Source: Eledone cirrhosa (taxonomy: Eukaryota). Taken from it: DNA of 64,000 bases. The notes below the pieces were generated by a model. That model was not told the DNA's origin. It saw only the letters and a list, made by a program, of their open reading frames with translations, and made no database searches. This document shows positions 18,001 through 29,765 of the stretch, piece by piece (position 1 is the stretch's first letter; every line of letters starts with the position of its first letter). The DNA is taken from assembly GCA_964016885.1 (NCBI GenBank), contig OZ024740.1, forward strand, positions 111,290,001 through 111,354,000. Reading direction: 5' to 3'. Made by a program: the position numbers and the translations under genes.

Positions 18001-19740
18001 ATCACAACTAACACCACCACTATGACTACTAACAACAAGACAAACAATATCACAACTAACACCATCACTATGACTACTAACAACAAGACAAACAATACCA
18101 CAACTAACACCCCCATTATGACTATAAATAACAAGACAAACAATATCACAACACCACCATGACTTCCAACAACTAGCAAAACAATACCACAACTAACACC
18201 ACCATTATGACTACCAATAACAAGACAAACAATATCACAACACCACCATGACTACCAACATCTAGAAAAACAATACCACAACTAACACCACCATTATTAC
18301 TACCAATAACAAGACAAACAATATCACAACACCACCATGACTACTAACAACACGACAAACAATGTCACAACACCACCATGACTACTAACAACAAGACAAT
18401 CAATATCACAACTAACACCACCACCATAACTACTAACAACAAGACAAAGAATATCACAACTAACACCATCACTATGACTACTAACAACAAGACAAACAAT
18501 ATCACAACTAACACCACCACTATGACTACTAACAGCAAGACAAACAATATCACAACTAACACCACCACCATAATTACTAACAACAAGACAAACAATATCA
18601 CAACTAACACCACCACTATGACTACTAACAACAAGACAAACAATATCACAACTAACACCACCACTATGACTACTAACAACAAGACAAACAATATCACAAC
18701 TAACACTACCACTATGACCACTAACAACAAGACAAACAATATCACAACTAACACCACCACTATGATTACTAACAACAAGACAAACAATATCACAACTAAC
18801 ACCACCACTATGACTACTAACAACAAGACAAACAATATCACAACTAACACTACCACTATGACCACTAACAACAAGACAAACAATATCACAACTAACACCA
18901 CCACTATGACTACTAACAACAAGACAAACAATATCACAACTAACACCACCACTATGACTACTAACAACAAGACAATCAATATCACAACTCACAACACCAC
19001 TATGACTACTAACAACAAGACAATCAATATCACAACTAACATCACCACTATGACTACTAACAACAAGACAAACAATATCACAACTAACACTACCACTATG
19101 ACCACTAACAACAAGACAAACAATATCACAACTAACACCACCACTATGACTACTAACAACAAGACAATCAATATCACAACTAACAACACCACTATGACTA
19201 CTAACAACAAGCCAAACAATATCACAACTAACACCACCACCATAACTACTAACAAGACAAACAATATCACAACTAACACCATCACCATGACTACTAACAA
19301 CAAGACAATCAATATCACAACTAACACCACCACCATAACTACTAACAAGACAAACAATATCACAACTAACACCACCAATATGACTACTAACAACAAGACA
19401 AAGAATATCACAACTAACACCACCTCTATGACTGCTAACAACAAGGCAAACAATATCACAGCTAACAACACCACTATGACTACTAACAACAAGACAAACA
19501 ATATCACAGCTAGCAACATTACAAATAATATCAGAATTAATAACGCCACAAACAATATCACAACTAACACCACCACCATGACTACTAAGAACAAGCCAAT
19601 CAATATCACAACTAACACCACCACCATGACTACTAACAACAAGACAAACAATATCACAACTAACACCACCACCATGACTACTAAGAACAAGCCAAACGAT
19701 ATCACAACTAACAACACCACCATGACAAATAACAAAAGCA
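1..19740 (+). repeat. Giant tandem array with a 48-bp core unit (atgactactaacaacaagacaaacaatatcacaactaacaccaccact), variant 41/45/39-bp units and higher-order duplications; continues off the left edge
   Basis: Direct reading of the repeat. The + frame gives MTTNNKTNNITTNTTT. Near-identical ORF pairs are offset by 1008 bp (16321/17329), 1818 bp (6888/8706) and 901 bp (797/1698). Confidence 0.97.
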
Positions 19741-19892
19741 CCATCATAATAACCACTGTAACCAATACCATATTGAACACCAAAACTACCTTGAACAGCA
19801 ACTCCGCCACAAACCAAACCACAACTAATAAAATCAATTTTTTTTATTTTTTATACACTTTAGTCTTTATTGTGTTGTATCAGATGAAATAA
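18378..19892 (+). pseudogene. Terminal open stretch (504 aa) of a mucin-like Asn/Thr repeat; probably a disrupted exon of a mucin-like glycoprotein gene
   Basis: Three N-X-T sequons per 16-aa unit, and the repeat diverges into unique T/N-rich sequence at 19730-19835. There is no signal peptide and the upstream frame is broken. The last about 18 codons come from antisense retrotransposon sequence. Confidence 0.45.
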
Positions 19893-21332
19893 TGGTATTT
19901 AACTAATGTATTAGTACGCGATGGGGCCCACCCACAGCCCCGGCGGACAGAATGGAGAAGGTGTTTGCCCGGAGGACGGCAAGGGAGACGTGCTGGAAAA
20001 GCCACTCCAACTCGCGGGGCTCACACCTGCGGCTTGCCAGCTCAGCGCCTATGGTGTTGAGTTTGGAGGTAGCCCTGGGGCCGAGGACACCAGAAGTGTC
20101 CACCGCAAACCTGTCGGAGAGCGACTTGTATTTGAGGAGTTTGGCCCTCTCAGCCCGACGTGCAGCAGAACCTGGGTCAGTCGCAGACTGAACCAGGTTG
20201 CGGCCGCAGAAGGTGTTGGTGCAAATGGCATCCAAGACGAGGGGTTTGCAACCGCGGAACGGGAAGATGGTCATGCCATCTGGCCTTTTGCCGTCCCCTC
20301 GATCCAGCCCCACCGGCTCGAGCTGGAAAGGGAAGCCTGCAGCTTCCAAGCCATGCTTAATGACCTCGTAGAGGGCAGCATGGCGTGGAATGCAGCCGGT
20401 ACTGTGGCGACAGGAAAGCGGGTGGAGGCCGAAAGAGTCCACGCTGGAACCGCAGCGACATTGGTGTGGCTGGCAGATCCGTAGGCCGAGCCTCAGGGAA
20501 ACGCCGATTCGCAGGCTATGATTGTCTATCTGCGTACCAGTGGAACAGCAGGGCGGGGCATGGAGCCAGGCATCTCTGTGGGGTTTGGAGGCCGCACGAA
20601 AACAAGCAAGGCGGTGCTGGTCGAGTTGCACGAGGCCAGGCTGCACAGGATGGCGTCCCAAGTGCGTTCGGGGGACTTGACGTCAACAGGGGGAGAAGGA
20701 GGAGGGACGTCTAATGGGCTAAGTCCCAGCCGGTCCCACGTCTCACAGGCGGCCTCACGTTCTCTGAACACAGAGGGTTCTGTTGTGTTTTGAAGCACCC
20801 TGCTGGAGAAGTCGCGACACGAGGTTACCGACGAAAGATACGCCGGCAAAGCTAGTGAGATCCGGACCGGAGGCCAAGCCGCCATACCTGATCTATAAAG
20901 TGGCCTGTTGCCACCCTATGTCGTCAAACTTGACGTTGCATATCCCCTCGGCTGCTGCTCGGATACAAGTATCGAGGTCAGCGAGGAGAAATGTCTGGGT
21001 GTAGCATGGAGCGCTGCGGAGTGTATAGAGGAGCTTCGGCATGGCGAAGCAGTTCCTCAGAAGAAAGAGAGCTGGGTGGCCGTCAATCAAGCCCAGTTGT
21101 CTCGTGAGAGTCTGGAGCTGTTGAAGCCTGGACCTGATGGTAGAGCGGATGGCCGGCGTGTGGATCGGTGACACGAGGATGAGGACATTCTCTTTGGGGG
21201 TCACCTGAACCTGGCGGAGAATGAACCGCACGTCCAAGACGGAGGCTGCAAAGCTCGCAGCATCGGGGCTGACGTTCACCACTTCCGACTTGGCTGAGTT
21301 GACCTGGAGGCCGATTCCCGCCAGGGCAGAAT
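19838..21332 (-). mobile_element. 5'-truncated, frameshifted non-LTR retrotransposon with a C-terminal restriction-like endonuclease (CRE-like, R2 group)
   Basis: RT end GLQVNSAKSEV...FAMPKLLYTLR; CCHC knuckle CRCGSSVDSFGLHPLSC; RH motif; LEPVGLDRGDGKRPDG (PD..D RLE); AVDTSGVLG. On the minus strand the stop at 19903 is followed by AATAAA and an A-rich tail at about 19838-19852. Confidence 0.85.
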
Positions 21333-21344
21333 TACTTTCTAGGC

Positions 21345-21760
21345 AAATACTACAATGAACTACTACCCTCACCATTCCAAACAGTACCAAGTCAACCTCC
21401 ACCACCAAAACTACCACCAACACTACCCCCACCCATTTCAAACAGTACCAAGACTACCTCCACCACCAACGTCACAACGAACTACTACCCCCACTATTTC
21501 AAACAGTACCAAGACTACCTCCACCACCAACGTCACAACGAACTACTACCCCTACTATTTCAAACAGTACCAAGACTACCTCCACCACCAACGTCACAAC
21601 CAATGCTGCCACCATCATTTCAACCAGTACTTAGATGAGCTCCATCTGTGCAACCAACACCACCACCACCAACATTTCAACCAGTATTAAGACAACCTCC
21701 CCCACTACATCCAGAATCACAACTAAGAACACACCACATTGACCACCACCACTACTAAAC
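21345..21760 (+). repeat. Degenerate about 60-bp Thr/Ser-rich repeats (TTTPTISNSTKTTSTTNVTT), likely the continuation of the mucin-like sequence beyond the insertion
   Basis: Repeated ttcaaacagtaccaagactacctccaccacca units; the Thr-rich frame is broken by indels. Confidence 0.6.
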
Positions 21761-21977
21761 CTCCAGAAAAATGGTGACGTAGTGTCAATGTAAGAAATGT
21801 AATTCTTTAGAATAACGATCCCCTTTCCCATTTTGCCATTTCTCAACCCAGGGTCAATAAATAAATGACCAATCGAGTACTACTGTCAATTAAATCAACA
21901 ATACTCTCCTCCTCCTCCCCTGCCTGACAAAATATGCAGCCCAGGGCTTATATTAGACATCATTATAATCATTAGCA

Positions 21978-22516
21978 GGGCGGTGGATTGGCAGTATCGG
22001 TAGAGGGTCGGACGCCATGCTTTCCAGCATAGTTACGTCCCTTTACGATCTGAGTTCAAATCCCGCCGAGGTTGACTTTGCCTTTCATCCTTACGGGGTC
22101 GATAAAATAAAGTACCAGTAATGCACTGGGTAATTGCTGGCCTTGTGCCTAAAGTAGAAACAATTATAATCATTAGCATAATGAGGTGCATGGTTGTATT
22201 TGGTAGATTGCGGGGAAAAAATAACTTCGGTTATTCAGTTACGTTCATTTAATTTCTGAGTTTAAATCCCGCTGAGGTTGACTTTGCCTTTCATCCTTAC
22301 GGGGTCGATAAAATAAAGTACCAGTCACGCACTGGGGTCGATTTAATCGACTTTCCCCTCCCCCAAAAATTGCTGGCCTTGTGCCTATATAAGAAACAAT
22401 TATTATTAGTTCAAATCCCGCCGAGGTTAACTTTGCCTTTCATCCTTACGGGGTCGATAAAATAAAGTACCAGTAATGTACTGGGTAATTGCTGGCCTTG
22501 TGCCTAAAGTAGAAAC
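21978..22516 (+). mobile_element. Three tandem copies of a tRNA-derived SINE (about 21978-22161, 22183-22398, 5'-truncated 22408-22516) with (ATT)n tails
   Basis: A-box-like ggcggtggattggcagtatcgg, B-box gagttcaaatccc, conserved core gactttgcctttcatccttacggggtcgataaaataaagtaccag. The core resembles the Meta/Sauria-type SINE domain common in octopus (from memory). Confidence 0.85.
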
Positions 22517-22761
22517 AATTATTATTATTATTATTATTATTATTATTGAGTCTGAACGGACTCTTTTTGCTCGCTCCCGTAAGTTCACTTATTTACCTGT
22601 CAAAACTGATTTATTGAATTTTTGTTGTTGTGTAAGGCATGCAAGCCCTTGGACTTTGCCCTGTGAAGGGGAAAGAATAATATTTGGGCCTTTTGGACCA
22701 AATATTTGTACATTTTTTACATTTTAAAAAATTATCGAGAAAAAAAAACAAAAAAAAAATC

Positions 22762-24755
22762 ATGGCTGAGCCACACCCCCCAGCGATATGTCTGCTGTTG
22801 TGCGACAACATCGTAGAAGTTGAGAGGAACGCTACAGCAAAATTAACACACATTGATAAAACAAACACCACCACAAACAATGTAAACAAAGACACCAATG
22901 ACACCAATGAGAAATCTAATTTTGAAAAAAATGACAGTAACAGCGACAACGAAAATATAGATAACAAAAAGAAAATGACAAATGCAACAACAATATCAAC
23001 ACCACTAACATGAAAACAAATAGCGACAACACCAACAGCAACAATATCAACTGCACCGAGAACAACGGTGGCAACAAAGACAACAATGATAATAGTGACA
23101 GTGATAACAACAACACCAAGAACAACGACAACAACAACGACAACAACGACAACAACACCCCCAACGAAAACAAGAAGAACACTTTCACTGCGGCAGCAGC
23201 AAAAAAGAGGCCATGCTTCAACATGGACATCACAAACAAAGATGACAAGTTGGCCCAGGCCTGGAAGCTCATCAAGCAAAAGCAACCTGGGTCAACTTAA
23301 CTGTCCCGGTAGAAGCTATTGAGGCAGTCAAGCGCAGAACGGTACATTATAGATGCATCTCAGCACAAACGAAAAGGGCAGCTTTAATTCCACAAACAGA
23401 TGTTGAAGTCGCGCTGAGGTGCATCAGAGATGACACAGAACACATAGAGAGGGGCAGACAGTACGGCACCATTTCGGTGCTGTTTAAGTCAGAAGACCTC
23501 GCTATGAAACACGCTATGACTCCTTGCAAAACCAGCAAGGTCATAATGTACCCCTCCCACATGGGAAAAAGAACGGCCCGTCTCCGCATTCCCAGAATCC
23601 CACCAGGACTTGACATGTGGTGGCTTCTGGGATGTGTGATTGTGGAGGGGACGCATACCGTCCCGATAGAAGTGACCAGAACAGCCAGAGAGGACTGGTC
23701 CGGGTTGACCTGGAGATACTTCTCCAGATCAGGCCCGAAAATGTGAAGACAATTCCGGACCACATCCGCCTTCAGAATGGGACGGTCATTCATATTATTA
23801 CCGAGATCAAAAGGCCGCATTGTTTTGTTTGTGGGGAAAAAACCAATTTGCGAGCCTTCTTCCCTCAACTGATGAAAGATGCAAGGGGTTGAAAGGCTCC
23901 ACTGCTGCCGACGCCGTGGCGAGGACCACAACCAACACCATCACCGGCAAAACCACCAACAACAACACCAATAGAAAGACCACCACCAACATTGACCACC
24001 CAGGGGAGAAACGAGGAAAGTTGTCAAATTCCCCCTCCCCCCCAAAATACACACACCAATAAAACCATAAACACGCACACAGACACACTTATAGACACAG
24101 ACCCCTCATCTACCAGTAGTGAAGATGAGGGAAAACCAAAATCCCCCAAAATACAAAAAAAGAAACACAAAAATCAAAAAAAAATCAACAAAGCACAAAA
24201 TCCCCCACAATAAAAAACCCAGACACCACCCACGCAAACATCTCTCCAATAACACCAACATCAACACCACCATCACCATCACCAGAATCCCCCAAACGCA
24301 AACAACCTAAACAGACGCAAGAACAAATATACACACAAACATCTGAAACCACAGACACCGCACTCACAACAAACACAGATACAACCAAAACAAGACCACC
24401 AAAACCATCACCACCACAGCCACGCAAACAAATAAAATCACACCAACAAAACATACAAAACTTCGTGCTCGCAAGGAGGGCCAACAAGGAACTGATGGCC
24501 CTCGTAGCACGAAGCGAAAATATACAAAAAGAGGGGGAAATTTTTAAATCGAGCACATTTCGCGTGTCGGAGGATTTGTTTCAGGTGCGAATGCCGCTCG
24601 ATTTATACAAAGAAATATGAGACAGCTTTCCTCGGGACGTGGGAACCCCGAACGTAAAACCAACTTCAAGACATTTAAAGGGGATCCCAAAAGAAACCCC
24701 AGCAACTATGGAGGTCGAACCACCCGACCATCACAAGAGCCGGGAAGGTAAGTAA
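22762..24755 (+). pseudogene. Tx1 ORF1 (N/D-rich low-complexity region, RRM-like region, degenerate zinc knuckle), several frameshifts and stops
   Basis: MAEPHPP...; GTISVLFKSEDLA...ARLRIPRIPP; CFVCGEKTNLRAFFP; lies immediately upstream of ORF2. Confidence 0.7.
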
Positions 24756-24787
24756 ACCTTTCCTCTCTCTCTTTTTAACCTGCTAAC

Positions 24788-27700
24788 ATGGCCGTATTAA
24801 GAGTAGGAAGTTTAAATGTTCGAGGCCTGGGATCGTTCTGGAAGCAGGGTCACCTTCCCAACGACCTCAGGTCTCTAGAAATGGATATAATTGCCGTCAG
24901 CGAGACAAGGATTTCCGACACGCGCGCACTAGCCCCCATTTTCGACGACTATCAGATCTTTGCATCTGTTAGCCGGCCGGGAATGGGAGGCGGTGTGACA
25001 GTGCTGTTTAGGAAAGGCCTGGATCTCGAGGTAAGGTCGATCTTGCGGGACCCGGACGGGAAGTTGGGGGTCCTGGACGTGAACAATAACGAAGATGGTG
25101 CCTTTAGACTGGTGGCCGTCTACGCTCCCACTGGGACAGGACGGCCGGACTTCTTTAGACGCCTGAAAGCCTTTCTGGGTACATCTCGCTCTTTACTGTT
25201 AGCGGGGGACTGGAACGGTATCTTAGACGCACGCTGGGACTGTGTGGAAGTATCCGATAGGAGCGAGGGGTGCAAAAGCCTCAAGAACCTGATCAGCCAG
25301 TTAGAATTGTCTGACAGGTACCGACTAGATTTCCCTAATGCGCCAGTGTTGACCTGGACTAACCGCATAGGGTCATCTAGATCGTATATAGACACGATAT
25401 TCATTAGGAAAATAGACAGAAATAATGTAAGCTGTCCACGTTTTGAAACGGTCGCCTATTCAGATCACAAGTTTGTGATCTGTATGGTCGACCTAGATAA
25501 AACGCGTAGGTTAGGACCTGGTTACTGGAAGCTAAACATGTCATTTCCGGCACGTAAAGCTTACAGGGACCAGGTCAACAATTTAGTTAAGAAAAGGTTG
25601 ACAGGGGAAGTTGTCAACAATAGATGGTGGAGGGCTCTCAAAAGAGAAATTAGCGTAATGTCGATAGAGTTTAGCAAAGAAGTAGCGTTAGAGAAAAATA
25701 GAAAGGAGGGGGAGTTGGTGTATAAGTTAGACGAGGCTATTTGTAGTGGCATTGCAACTAACGTGCTATCGGTGAGAATGGCATTAGACCATTTCTTCAC
25801 TGCGAAACACGAAGGTTGCATTGTCAGAGCTAAGGCTTGTGCTCTGAGAAAAGAGGGAACCAAAGCTGTTCGATGGGCCCGCGTGGCAGAGTCGCAGCGT
25901 GGTAATAAAACCACGATTCGGTCTTTGACGGACCGAGACGGACACGAACTGAGCGGATGTGTGAGGCCTTTCGCCAACATTTTGCTCGGTTGTTCGGGGG
26001 AAGTGGCGGGTCAGAGATGGTGGCGGACTTCAGTCCCTACCTCGATGGCTTGCCGCAACTCTCGACGGCTGACGCTGGGCGCTGCGAAAGGCCAATTACT
26101 TCAGCCGAGATTCAGGATGCCCTTGACGGCTGCATGAGGCGCAAGTCACCCGGTTTGGATGGTCTGCCCTACGAGCTTTACGCAAATATGCCAGACTTGT
26201 TCTCCAATCTCCTCGAAGCGCTCTACTGCAACTGGCAGCAAAACAGGAGTATTGCCAGTTCTGTGAGCCGGGGCGTAGTGACGCTGATAAGGAAAGACGA
26301 GAACAAGAGGGACACATTAGGCAATTTCAGGCCCATAACTCTGCTCAACACAGAGTTTATGATTTTGGCCAGGGTGTTAGCGAAGAGGTTGGCGCTTGTC
26401 GTCGGGGATTTGGTTGGGGAGACGCTAACTTTAGCAATCCCAACCAGGTGCATACACGATAACCTCCACCTAACACGATACATCATAGAGAGAGTAGGAT
26501 GTAAACCTGGCTTCGGTGGTGCTCTGATCAATTTAGTTCAATCGAAAGCATTCGATAGGGTTGACCATCGGTACCTGGAGGCTGTCCTCAAGGCGGCTGG
26601 CTTCGGCCCCGTCTTCAGAAGCCGGATCGCTGCAATGCACGGCGGCATCTGCTCGGTGGTCAAAATTAATGGCCACCTCTCGGAACCGTTTCAGGTCTCC
26701 CGATCGGTCCGTCAAGGGTGCCCTCTCTCCTCCCTTCTGTACGTATTGACTCTCGAGCGTTTACTGCGGAAGATGGAGTTGTTGCAGGGCATCCCGCTCG
26801 AACCGGGACGCGGAAAGGCTGTGTCGGCTTATGCGGACGACATGACCGTGATGGTGTCGGATACCTCAGAAATCGAGGTGGTCGGCAACTTATTGGAGGA
26901 ATATGAAAGCTGGACGGGAGCAAAACTTAACCCGAAAAAGTCGGTGGGCTTGCAACTCGGCACCTGGAGAGGCAAGTCCATGCCGTCCAACAGCGTCGTT
27001 AGGCGCTGGACGGACGAACCGGTAAAGTTGCTCGGGGTTTGGTTTGGGCCAGACCTCCAGGTGAATAAGAATTGGGACGAGGTGACGGGCAGGGTAGCCA
27101 GTCTCACCCAGAAATGAGTTGGGATGAAGCTATCACTGAAAGGTCGGGCGGAGGTCGCGAACGTGTACATCGCGTCCGTCATCTACTATCGTCTGACCGT
27201 CGTCCCTTGCCCCGTTCGCGCCTCACCATCTTGGAGCGGCTCCTCTTCAAATTCTTGTGGAGGGGTCAGGTTCCGCTGGTGAGGCGGTCCATCTGCTGCC
27301 AGCACCCTCTACGTGGAGGGCTGGGCATGCCGTGGCTAATGATGCGCAGACACGCGCTGAGGCTGCAGCATCTCTAGATATTCTGCCTAAACGGTGAACA
27401 GGTGTGGTCGCCGTTTGTGAGACGGGCCTTTCCGCAGCTCGTTTCTTTGACTGCAGTTCCGGGTCAAGAAGAGACCGAGACTGGGTGACTGGCATCTGGA
27501 ATGTTGCCAGGCACTCACTGCCCTCTACCAGGCGAGCAATGCGGTCAGTGGAACTTCCACTCTCGAGTTCTATAGAGGATTCGTGGTGGGCAAGTGCAAC
27601 GACGCACTCGGAGAGGCTCTGGGAGTCAACGAAGTCGAACTAACTAGTCTGTACCGGAGGACTTTCGAGCCGGGGACGATGATAATTTCCAAAAATCCCT

Positions 27701-28201
27701 CGCTTGGCAGTGCTACCGGGGGGGGGGGGGGCACTACCGGTTCGAGATAAACTCTACAGGCAGGGAAGTGCTGTCAGACGGACCTGCCCGAGATGCGCGC
27801 AGAGCGACGAAACCGTTCTGCACGCACTCGTCCAGTGTCCGTGCATTACTGACTTGTGGAGTTATGTTGAACAGCTGTTGTCGCGTGTAGAACGGATCCG
27901 GCTATCGGCCGAGTCCATAGTGAAGATCGACCCGCCGCCTTCTTTTGGCCAGGAAGGGCAGGCAATTTTCCTCTGTCTGGTGGCAGTAGCGAAAGAGGTT
28001 GTATGGTGGACGAGGTTGAAAGGACTGAAGACAGTCACTTTTCTCTTCGGCCAATCCCTCATCAACTTTTTCAAGTTTCACTTGGAAAGGAAGGTGAGGG
28101 TGGAGAGAGAAGTGCCGGCCCCCAGTACATTTGCTGAAAGGTGGTTGAATGTGGTGAGAATGGCCCGTGTGAGTGGGCCTACTCTGGTTATGCGGCTGTA
28201 G
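24788..28201 (+). pseudogene. Tx1 ORF2: APE endonuclease + reverse transcriptase + C-terminal Zn finger, frameshifted
   Basis: SLNVRGL, AVSET, GDWN, YIDTIF, SDH; KSPGLDGLP, NFRPITLLN, KAFDRVDH, VRQGCPLS, YADD; CPRC...ETVLHALVQC. Confidence 0.93.
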
Positions 28202-28487
28202 GTAGGTAAATTTGAAGAGGAGCGAGGTGCCCTTCCAGGGTTCTCTCGAAGCGTCGGGTCGTTCAGGACTGGTGGGGTACCTGAGCGAACCCTAGGTGGT
28301 CATCCCCCTATTGGGGAATGTTTTCTTGTAATTTTCTTGTTACTTTATTGTTACTTTGTTATTGTTACTTTGTTTATTCATATTGTTTACTCGATTTTTC
28401 TGTAAAACCCCACTGTCTCAGTCTTTTGTATTGTCCCCTATATGTAGGGCCTTGTGGTCAATAAATGAAATCATTATTATTATTATT

Positions 28488-28596
28488 AGTTCAAATCCCG
28501 CCGAGGTTGACTTTGCCTTTCATCCTTACGGGGTCGATAAAATAAAGTACCAGTAATGAACTGGGTAATTGCTGGCCTTGTGCCTAAAGTAGAAAC
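28488..28596 (+). mobile_element. 5'-truncated SINE, near-identical to 22408-22516
   Basis: Same agttcaaatcccgccgagg...gtagaaac sequence with the same truncation point and internal deletion. Confidence 0.85.
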
Positions 28597-28666
28597 AATT
28601 ATTATTATTATTAGTAGTAGTAGTAGAGGCAGCAGTTGCAACAACAACAGCAACAACAGCAGCAGC

Positions 28667-28697
<31 letters not shown>

Positions 28698-28769
28698 TAG
28701 AAAAAGGAGAGAGAGTGGGAGAAAAAATAGAGTGAGTGAGAGAGAGAGGTGGGAGGTGGAGAGAAAGGA

Positions 28770-28931
28770 TGATCTACCCCATTACTGTACTGGTACTTTT
28801 ATTTTATTGCTCTCGAAAGAATTAAAGGCAAATTTGCCCTCAGCGGGATTTGAACTCAGCGTTTAAACCTGGAATGAACAGCACGCAGCATTCCATCCGA
28901 CGTTTTAAAGACCCTGCCAATTCGCCGCCTC
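28770..28931 (-). mobile_element. Diverged copy of the same SINE family
   Basis: Reverse complement reads ggcggcgaattggcag...gagttcaaatcccgctgag...ttgcctttaattc...aagtaccagta. Confidence 0.75.
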
Positions 28932-29559
28932 TTCGTGCTTATGTAAGAAATCAAATTAATTATCCATCATTAAAGTAGTGTTAGATAATATCTTTGTATG
29001 TTCAATAGATTACGATGGGTTTCGGCGCTGTTCTTGTCTGGCCAGTGAGTTGATCTGAGACGGTGTGTTGAAACTAAAGCAATTATATCGCGGAAGAGTA
29101 ATTTTAGTCATTCAAAAACACGCCAAAAATCCCTTTCCATTTATCATATATTTCTTGGGAATAAATGTTAAATATAAGGTGAATTTAACAGATTTTTGTG
29201 TATTTTTGAATGGCTAAATGAGTCTTCCGTGATGTAATTGCTTACCAGGGATTCTTATCGGAGAATTCTAGCTAGCAAGAAGAATTAAGCGCTCAAAATT
29301 GAGATTAAAACACTTCCTGATAGTAGCAGTACATGGCAAGTGTCTGCTTCCTTCCTAACATGAAATATCCAAATGACATGATGACTGGCCACAAACAACA
29401 AAACATAAATAACAGAAGAATTAGAGTAATTGCAGACTGTGTGGACATCGTAAATAGACAATCAACCCTTATTATCTCGGGTTGTCCAGTATTACGAAAA
29501 GACTGATTATATCACCAGGCAGCAGAATATTTCGCAATTTATATGAACTGCATAACAGG

Positions 29560-29765
29560 GGGAGGGGGTTTGTAGAATCGGTAGAGCGTCGTGGAAAAAT
29601 GCCTTGCGGGGCATTTAATTACGTTCAGTTACATTTCAGTTTAAATCCAACCGAGGTCGAATTTCCGGACTCATTAAAATTAGTACCAGTCAAGTACTGG
29701 AGTCGAGTTAATCAGCCACTAAAAACCCTTCCCTCCATAAAATTTATGGCCTTCTGCCAATATTA
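29560..29765 (+). mobile_element. Old degenerate SINE copy
   Basis: gtagaatcggtagagcgtcg...agtttaaatccaaccgaggtcga...agtaccagtcaagtactggagtcga. Confidence 0.65.

Larger units (their letters stand above)
22548..28472 (+). mobile_element. Full-length decayed Tx1/L1-clade LINE inserted in (ATT)n
   Basis: 5' UTR, ORF1, ORF2 (APE-RT-Zn finger), T-rich 3' UTR ending aataaatgaaatc; (ATT)n on both sides. Confidence 0.92.

Noticed and set aside
1-18300. TAG readthrough producing one giant protein
   Set aside because: TAG units are coupled to 41-bp frameshifting units, and the other frames are full of TAA/TGA.
1-19740. CRISPR array or telomeric repeat
   Set aside because: No unique spacers or cas genes, eukaryotic context, and no TTAGGG-type unit.
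15-19837. Long minus-strand ORFs (poly-V/L/I 'membrane proteins' and SCDIVCLVVSSHSGGV repeats, up to 1033 aa)
   Set aside because: Antisense shadows of the tandem repeat; the unit simply lacks stops in those frames.
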